From Candidatus Methylomirabilis limnetica (GTDB lineage: Bacteria > Methylomirabilota > Methylomirabilia > Methylomirabilales > Methylomirabilaceae), in contig NZ_NVQC01000022.1 of assembly GCF_003044035.1 (NCBI RefSeq), positions 300,001-332,000 of the forward strand: a stretch of DNA of 32,000 nt, in the 5' to 3' direction. A program made the position numbers and the translations under genes. The notes beneath the pieces were generated by a model, which was given only the letters and a program-made list of their open reading frames with translations, ran no database searches and was not told the DNA's origin. This document shows, piece by piece, positions 27,165 through 32,000 of this stretch (position 1 is the first letter of the stretch; each line of letters opens with the position of its first letter).

Positions 27165-28216
27165 CAGTTCACCCGGATCTCGATCAGGCTCTGATAGGCC
27201 GGCTCCCCGCGATCGAGCTCCTGTAACCGGCGGTTGTAGTACCGGTTCACCTCGCGGCAGTCGTCCGGTCTGGTCTGTTGCAGGGCGCTGAGCACAAGCG
27301 CCAGCAGCCAGGTGTTGCACCGGGTGATCGGCTCCACCGTGTACGACAGGCCCCGATCGCGCAGCCAGGTTTCAACCTCGACCAAACTGGGAAGACCCAT
27401 CTGGAGGTGCTCTTGCAGGTACGGATTATCCGGCGCCAGTTGGCTCAGAAAATGGTCGATCTCGGCAGCGAACGGGGTTTCGCGAAATGGGCCGGTCAGA
27501 TAGACTCGCCGCCTTGCCACGCGGACCAGTTCCGCCAGCAGCGCCGGCCGGTCACTTTCGGGGACATGCTCCAGCACGTGATGGCAGGTCACGATATCAA
27601 ACGAGCGAGGCGGAAACGGTAAGGCCCGACCGTCCAGCCCCGTAGTTTCCAGATCGGCCACGGTCACCCGATTCCTCGGCAGGAAGGCGGAAAAGAACCA
27701 CTCGCGCCCGCCTACGTCCAGAATGCGAAACGGATCGTCCCCCAAAGCGGCGATGCGATCGGCCACCAACTTGAATCTGGCATACATCTCCAGGTTCATG
27801 ACGGTAAGATCGCGACTGAGCTCGACGAACCGCTGGATGGCCTCGTCCCACCCTCGATACGTTCGAGCGTCCTCCGGCGGCAGGCCGGGCGCGAGCGCCA
27901 CATGCAGGCTTGCGCCCTGGCCGCAGGCGAGAAGCGGCTTGACCTCCTCGATCAGGTCGCATTCGCTATGGGGCGACGCCAGCCGCAGGCAACCGGCATC
28001 CAGATCACCCTGGATCGCGGGTGCGCGGCTAAGTACAGTCGCAAGAGCGGTAGCACTGAGGTCCACTACGAGCGTTGGCCAGACTTTCCCCGCCTGACCG
28101 GGATACCCGACCAGCGCGCCGGCGCCAAACACCAGCCTCGGTCCCGGATGATCCAGGACGGCTCGCCAGAAGTCCCCGAGCGCTTGCCCGGCGGCGATGC
28201 TTACGCCTTCTCCCAC
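27164..28216 (-). CDS. Class I SAM-dependent methyltransferase (start uncertain)
   Basis: Motif I ILDVGG and DIVTCHHVLEHV. The first ATG is at 27799 (MNLEMYARF...). The frame stays open upstream and encodes a degenerate second Rossmann-like segment (RLVFGAGALVGY...VVDLS). A 400-nt gap would be odd in this tightly packed operon, so I extend to the GTG at 28216 (16-nt overlap with the upstream GT2). Everything above about 28216 in the 509-aa ORF is rejected. Confidence 0.55.
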   Translation of the reverse strand: MGEGVSIAAGQALGDFWRAVLDHPGPRLVFGAGALVGYPGQAGKVWPTLVVDLSATALATVLSRAPAIQGDLDAGCLRLASPHSECDLIEEVKPLLACGQGASLHVALAPGLPPEDARTYRGWDEAIQRFVELSRDLTVMNLEMYARFKLVADRIAALGDDPFRILDVGGREWFFSAFLPRNRVTVADLETTGLDGRALPFPPRSFDIVTCHHVLEHVPESDRPALLAELVRVARRRVYLTGPFRETPFAAEIDHFLSQLAPDNPYLQEHLQMGLPSLVEVETWLRDRGLSYTVEPITRCNTWLLALVLSALQQTRPDDCREVNRYYNRRLQELDRGEPAYQSLIEIRVN

Positions 28217-29352
28217 GTCCAGATGCCCAGCGGCGTGAAGGTGTCGGGCTCGATCACTCTGGTGTAGTAGCGTCCCGCCTGCAACCGATCCCAAAAGCCG
28301 GACGACAGGTGAAACTCGCGGCCATGAAGAAAGCCGGCGGCGGAGGGAACAAAGAGCGGGTCGTACCCGATCTGGGTGAGGAGCAGAGAAGACGCTCGTC
28401 CGTCCGGCACCGAAAAGCACGGCGGCGTCTGGCATCGCCCCAGGTCTATCACATCCGTTTCGCTTGTTGCTCGTCGCCCGCGTGGGGCGAGCCGCCCCGC
28501 TGCAGCCTGCGCCAGCGCGTAGATCGCCGTTCCGACGCGGCCATAGTATGACCTGACAAAGCGCGCCTGCGACTGTCGCGCGTACCCCTGCGCTACGCCC
28601 GATGAGGACTTGGCGCTCTGATTGTAGTAATGCACGATCTCCGCACCCGGTACATGATGGAGCTGATACCCGGCCTGGCTCACCCTCCGGCACCAGTCCG
28701 TATCTTCATAGTACAGAAAGTACCCCGGATCGAACCCGCCGACTGTGTCCAGAATCCGTCGGGATGTCATCAGGCAGGCGCCGGAGAGCATCGACACCGG
28801 TATCGGCGTCCCGCTCGACCAGCACTGTAGCGCTCGCCGGTGCCAGGCCCGACTCATCCGCGCTCCTACGCGGTAAGAGCATTCGGCAAGAATCCGCTGG
28901 ATAAAAAAAGATAGGGTCGGTGGATCCCCTGGCGGTAACTGCCACTGCCTGTCCGCATCGATCCAGATTCGTGGTCCCACCGCGCCCACCTCCGGATGCT
29001 GATACAGATGCTGAAGCAGCGCATCAAGGGCGCCGTCCAGCACCACGGTGTCCGGATTGAGGAAGCAAAGGTACCGACCTGTGGCCCGCTGAATCGCCAG
29101 GTTATTGGCCTGGCCGAACCCAAGATTCTGTGCGTTCAATATCTGCACGACGTGGGCAGGCAGTTGCTGTAAGGCGGCGCGGTCGGCCGGCGAAGAAGCG
29201 TTGTCCACCACCAGGATTTCCAGGCGCCCGTCGCGCCCATCCGCCGCCGCGAAGCGCTGCGATTCCAGGGACGCCACAGTCTGTAGCGCCAAGGGGGCCA
29301 CGTTGTAGTTAACAATGATCACGGTCAGATCGACCGCCTCCGACCGACTCAC
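28201..29352 (-). CDS. Glycosyltransferase family 2; first gene of the minus-strand array
   Basis: GTG at 29352 preceded by GAGGAGG. LTVIIVNYNVAPLALQTVASLESQ, VVDNASSPADR, FLYYEDTDWCRRVSQAGYQL. Confidence 0.9.
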   Translation of the reverse strand: MSRSEAVDLTVIIVNYNVAPLALQTVASLESQRFAAADGRDGRLEILVVDNASSPADRAALQQLPAHVVQILNAQNLGFGQANNLAIQRATGRYLCFLNPDTVVLDGALDALLQHLYQHPEVGAVGPRIWIDADRQWQLPPGDPPTLSFFIQRILAECSYRVGARMSRAWHRRALQCWSSGTPIPVSMLSGACLMTSRRILDTVGGFDPGYFLYYEDTDWCRRVSQAGYQLHHVPGAEIVHYYNQSAKSSSGVAQGYARQSQARFVRSYYGRVGTAIYALAQAAAGRLAPRGRRATSETDVIDLGRCQTPPCFSVPDGRASSLLLTQIGYDPLFVPSAAGFLHGREFHLSSGFWDRLQAGRYYTRVIEPDTFTPLGIWTWEKA

Positions 29353-29436
29353 TCACACCTCCTCGCCGCTGCCTCGTGACGCCGACGCTTACACAATTCG
29401 GATAAATTATGACTCTTCCGGAACTCGCGTGGATTG

Positions 29437-29560
29437 CTTGTCCTTCCCTCTCCCTCTTGGAAGGAGAGATACACCCGTATCTGACATTTTACACGCTTGC
29501 GGTTGCCTTGTCCTTCCCTCTCCCTCTTGGAGGGGGAGGGTTGGGGTGAGGGTGGGACAG
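29437..29560. repeat. Family B repeats on the left flank of DUF559
   Basis: CTTGTCCTTCCCTCTCCCTCTTGGA occurs twice in direct orientation (29437-29461 and 29507-29531, 70-nt period). The second copy extends to the hairpin CCCTCTCCCTcttggAGGGGGAGGG plus TTGGGGTGAGGGTGGGACAG. Confidence 0.85.
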
Positions 29561-29878
29561 GGCGTTCTCAATCGCCTGCAACACCGGCTCAAGATTACCT
29601 AACACTTCGTGATCCCAGAACCGGAGTACCCGATAGCCTCGGTGAATGAGGAATTCCGTACGTCGCTCATCGGCTGGGATTTGAGTGCCATGGTGGCCAC
29701 CATCGACCTCCACCACGAGCCAGTGTGCCGGACAACAGAAATCTACAATGTACGAACCGATGGGATGCTCACGACGAAACTTGGCGCGATGAATCTGTCG
29801 GTCGCGCAACTGCCACCACAGCACCCGTTCACAGTCGGTCTGCCTCCTTCGGAGTCCTCTGGCGAGCCCACGGTTCAT
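29489..29878 (-). CDS. DUF559 / Vsr-like endonuclease-fold protein
   Basis: CERVLWWQLRDRQIHRAKFRREHPIGSYIVDFCCPAHWLVVEVDGGHH...DERRTEFLIHRGYRVLRFW is the DUF559 pattern. The C-terminal tail HPHPNPPPPRGRGKDKATASV is read-through into the family B repeat. Confidence 0.85.
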   Translation of the reverse strand: MNRGLARGLRRRQTDCERVLWWQLRDRQIHRAKFRREHPIGSYIVDFCCPAHWLVVEVDGGHHGTQIPADERRTEFLIHRGYRVLRFWDHEVLGNLEPVLQAIENALSHPHPNPPPPRGRGKDKATASV

Positions 29879-29880
29879 GA

Positions 29881-29961
29881 CCCCCTCACCCTGGCCCTCT
29901 CCCCCGTGTGGGGAGAGGGGACTTTTTTGCTGCTCTTCGCACCCACTGGGGGGAGAGGGGG
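29881..29961. repeat. Family B repeats on the right flank of DUF559
   Basis: CCCCCTCACCCTGGCCCTCTCCCCCgtgtGGGGAGAGGGGAC (29881-29922; perfect 10-bp stem 29896-29905/29910-29919), followed by TTTTTT. A partial second copy, CCCACTGGGGGGAGAGGGGGC, lies at 29942-29961. Confidence 0.85.
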
Positions 29962-30099
29962 CTTTTAGGCCTTTGAACCATGGGTGTTACCCACACAATT
30001 TCCGTAAGAACTTAAATTGTAGCGGGTATGACCTGGCGCGTCAAGTGTTCCGGCGGCCCCTAGAATAGCGATAGACTGCGCAATCATTCGATTCTTCCC

Positions 30100-30176
30100 G
30101 TCATTGCGAGCGACTCACGGGAGCGTGGCAATCTCAGTGCAATAATGCGTGATTGCTTCACTTCGTTCGCAATGAC
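30100..30176. repeat. Family A palindromic repeat, gene-less copy
   Basis: Forward arm GTCATTGCGAGCGACTCACGGGAGCGTGGCAATCTC (30100-30135; 33/36 identical to 3171-3206 by my count), 15-nt spacer, short inverted arm GATTGCTTCACTTCGTTCGCAATGAC (30151-30176). Confidence 0.9.
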
Positions 30177-30236
30177 AACTTTCTATCGCTGTGCTTGGGG
30201 CGGCCATCGGCGACGCGCCACCGGATGAGTTCCGGG

Positions 30237-30264
30237 TTGACAGGTTTCGCGGACTCGCTATACT
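30237..30264 (+). promoter_or_regulatory. Sigma70-like promoter for the lipoprotein gene
   Basis: TTGACA (30237-30242), 16-nt spacer, TATACT (30259-30264). It lies about 45 nt upstream of the AAGGAG SD (30311-30316) and the ATG at 30322. Confidence 0.5.
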
Positions 30265-30321
30265 CACGCGGAGGATGAGACTGCGACAACCGTTTACCAT
30301 ACAGACATGAAAGGAGCGAAC

Positions 30322-30897
30322 ATGAGAAAACATATCTGGAGCGCCATCGGGGTGGCCATGTTGCTGTCGGCCTGCGCAACCGTGTCACAGACCGGCCGGA
30401 CGGAATCGGATCTGCAGGCCACACTCGCGCGGCTGCAGGCACACCGTGAGCAGGGCCGGACCGGCTCGGTCTGGGGCTTCTTGTACCTGCGTGAGCCAGG
30501 AGTGCCGACACCGCTGAAAGATCGGGCGGTCACGCTGCTACCGCTGACTCCGGGGTTGGAGACCACGATTCACCGGGTGCGACAGACCTACCGGGACGGC
30601 GGTTATGCCATCCTGCCGTTTCAGACGCTTGACCAGCTCAAGCAGGCGCTGGACAGCTACCGCACGCAACTGAAGGACGCGGGGCGCGGTGACCTGATCC
30701 GGCAAACGCGTACCGACACTGCAGACGATCCCAAGTTTGAATTCAGCGCGGTCCCGGAAGGGCGGTGGCTACTACTGGCCGAGCTGCCCTCTCCACCGTC
30801 GCTGGCGGTCTGGATCGTCCCGGTCACCGTCACCGCCGGGGCTGCCACCAAGCAATCGCTGAACGACCAGACAGTTATCGAAGGCCTGATTCAATAG
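30322..30897 (+). CDS. Lipoprotein of unknown function
   Basis: MRKHIWSAIGVAMLLSAC has a lipobox (LLSAC). The ATG at 30322 follows AAGGAG by 5 nt. The ORF-track start at 30307 is less likely. Confidence 0.75.
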   Translation: MRKHIWSAIGVAMLLSACATVSQTGRTESDLQATLARLQAHREQGRTGSVWGFLYLREPGVPTPLKDRAVTLLPLTPGLETTIHRVRQTYRDGGYAILPFQTLDQLKQALDSYRTQLKDAGRGDLIRQTRTDTADDPKFEFSAVPEGRWLLLAELPSPPSLAVWIVPVTVTAGAATKQSLNDQTVIEGLIQ

Positions 30898-30912
30898 GGG
30901 GGCAACGCGGTC

Positions 30913-31042
30913 GTCATTGCGAGCCGTAGGCGAAGCAATCCCGTGGCGACACCGCCAAGAACAGTCAGATTGCTTCGGCTTTGCCTCGCACAATGACAGA
31001 AGGGGGGTCATTGCGAGCGACCAACGCGAGCGCGGCAATCTC
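30913..31042. repeat. Family A repeats: a complete short-arm copy plus the long forward arm abutting the GIY-YIG gene
   Basis: GTCATTGCGAGCCGTAGGCGAAGCAATC (30913-30940), 27-nt spacer, GATTGCTTCGGCTTTGCCTCGCACAATGAC (30968-30997). After 9 nt comes GTCATTGCGAGCGACCAACGCGAGCGCGGCAATCTC (31007-31042; 35/36 identical to 3171-3206). Confidence 0.9.
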
Positions 31043-31328
31043 ACAGCCCTTCAAATAAATCATCCCGCGTCGGATTCATTCCATTGATCAACTGAAGCTT
31101 CCTCGCTCGTGAACCCGCTTTGAGCTGCTTCTCCCGAACTATCGCAGCCTCGATATCGTCATACACCTCGTAGTACACCAGCTCGGTGAGATTATACCGC
31201 TTGGTAAAGCCCTCCACCAGTTTAGCGCGATGCTCGTAGACGCGTTTGATCACGTCACTTGTGACGCCGACATACAGCGTGGTGTGCGCCTTAATTGTCA
31301 TAATGTAGATGTAACCGGGCCTTTGCAT
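31041..31328 (-). CDS. Small GIY-YIG nuclease-family protein (COG2827 / YhbQ-like URI domain)
   Basis: GYIYIMTIKAHTTLYVGVTSDVIKRVYEHRAKLVEGFTKRYNLTELVYYEVYDDIEAAIVREKQLK carries the GIY...YVG motif, the conserved R and E, and the family-typical length of 95 aa. Confidence 0.9.
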   Translation of the reverse strand: MQRPGYIYIMTIKAHTTLYVGVTSDVIKRVYEHRAKLVEGFTKRYNLTELVYYEVYDDIEAAIVREKQLKAGSRARKLQLINGMNPTRDDLFEGL

Positions 31329-31356
31329 CTCCGCTCATTTACCTATCAAATACGGT

Positions 31357-31371
31357 GAGATTGCTTCGCCT
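31357..31371. repeat. Truncated inverted arm of family A
   Basis: GAGATTGCTTCGCCT matches the start of inverted arms (compare 3223-3234 and the reverse complement of 30913-30940). It diverges from about 31372. Confidence 0.7.
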
Positions 31372-31387
31372 GTGCCTACTCAGAAAC

Positions 31388-32000
31388 TTAAGCCGGTATT
31401 GGGAGTGGTGTTAAGCAATAGCCCAACTGAGCGGCTTGACGTTGTAGTGATTTGGTATGTCGGTCATGTTGTTGTTGGTCATACGCCTTGGCAGAGGCAT
31501 GTCGATAAGGCTGACGATGCGTCAAGAGATGATAAATAATGCGCGCCAATTTATGAGCGGTAGCGACAATAGCTTGTGCGCCGCCCAAACGTGCCCGCAT
31601 CCGCCGATAGAATGCGCCCAGGGCGCTCTGACTGCGACTGAGCGATTGAGCCGCCAGGCGCAAAGCCTGGCCCGCCCGATTGTGAACCTTCAGGGTGCGA
31701 CTGCGAATCACCTTGCCGCCGGTAATATCATTGTGCGGTGCCAGGCCCAGCCAGGAACAGAAATGCTTTTCCGTTCGCCACTTGCTCATGTCTGTCCCGA
31801 TTTCGGACAGCACACCTTGAACCGTGCTGTCATCCAGTCCATCCACCACCGTCAGGTCAACGCCCGTCAACCGATACAGGTGGCCTCGCACATCAAAGGT
31901 CGGCGCGTTCTTGCTGTGCGAGTTCACTTTGGGGTCAGGTGGCAAGGGCGGCAAGTCGTCATCAAACCGGGGTGTGAGGGCGCTGTATTGTTGTTCGAGT
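31388..32000 (-). CDS. IS110-family recombinase/transposase, C-terminal part (5' end beyond the window)
   Basis: The frame is open to the window edge; hand check gives LEQQYSALTPRFDDDLPPLPPDPK... upstream of the ORF-track start. Transposase_20-type block LTGVDLTVVDGLDDSTVQGVLSEIGTDMSKWRTEKHFCSWLGLAPHNDITGGKV...ALGAFYRRMRARLGGAQAIVATAHKLARIIYHLL. Confidence 0.88.
   Translation of the reverse strand, partial: LEQQYSALTPRFDDDLPPLPPDPKVNSHSKNAPTFDVRGHLYRLTGVDLTVVDGLDDSTVQGVLSEIGTDMSKWRTEKHFCSWLGLAPHNDITGGKVIRSRTLKVHNRAGQALRLAAQSLSRSQSALGAFYRRMRARLGGAQAIVATAHKLARIIYHLLTHRQPYRHASAKAYDQQQHDRHTKSLQRQAAQLGYCLTPLPIPA

Noticed and set aside
28217-28693. N-terminal part of the 509-aa ORF 27164..28693.
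   Set aside because: It overlaps the 3' end of the GT2 gene in another frame, and the GT2 translation there looks like real protein. The alternative frame is Arg/Ser/Ala/Leu-rich filler.
29896-29928. A perfect 10-bp GC hairpin followed by TTTTTT as an intrinsic terminator on the plus strand.
   Set aside because: No plus-strand gene lies upstream of it. The hairpin is part of the family B repeat module, so any terminator activity would be incidental, at most insulation against antisense read-through.
29387-30016. Loose similarity between 29387-29412 (TTACACAATTCGGATAAATTATGAC) and 29985-30030 (TTACCCACACAATTTCCGTAAGAACTTAAATTGTAGCGGGTATGAC), considered as possible target duplication around the DUF559 unit.
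   Set aside because: The match is gapped and too weak to distinguish from chance by eye. Target-site duplications are normally short and exact.

Overview
This is a bacterial chromosomal segment of diderm type (kdsA, a heptose kinase and an MsbA-like exporter are present). It is moderately GC-rich by eye; I did not compute GC, and lineage cannot be fixed by eye.

Gene content: almost every gene from 29352 down to position 1 lies on the minus strand, tightly packed with several 1-7 nt start/stop overlaps. The array begins with an ABC-transporter-dependent (Wzm/Wzt) glycan or O-antigen-like locus. That locus holds GT2 and GT4 glycosyltransferases, including a 1323-aa GT4-coiled coil-GT2-GT4 enzyme. 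It also holds a radical SAM/SPASM-like enzyme, a SAM methyltransferase, a PIG-L deacetylase, a GNAT, a COG5610-like HAD protein, RfbD, an SDR epimerase and a polyprenyl-phosphate sugar transferase. It runs straight into conserved envelope and housekeeping genes: heptose-7-P kinase, pyrG, kdsA and an MsbA-like ABC exporter. The exporter is missing from the supplied ORF track because it is open to the window edge.

Mobile elements: an intact IS630-family element sits 12 nt upstream of a GT2 start codon, and a decayed mini-IS with doubled inverted ends lies further along the locus.

Right end (29.3-32 kb): this is a repeat-dense junction. It contains a DUF559 nuclease gene and a small GIY-YIG nuclease gene, each nested exactly between inverted arms of a palindromic repeat family. 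It also contains an IS110-family recombinase that appears inserted into one of those arms.

At least five families of structured repeats occur in the window.

Main leads:
- Nuclease-in-palindrome units that also have gene-less copies, giving a REPIN/RAYT-like geometry but with GIY-YIG and DUF559 nucleases.
- GGGTTTN heptamer hairpin arrays. One is the plant-telomere repeat filling the pyrG-kdsA spacer; another is inserted in frame inside a GT4 gene.
- Near-perfect 42-bp tandem repeats in the coiled coil of the giant glycosyltransferase, which could act as a tunable chain-length ruler.

Many plus-strand ORFs in the track are antisense artefacts of the GC-rich minus-strand genes.
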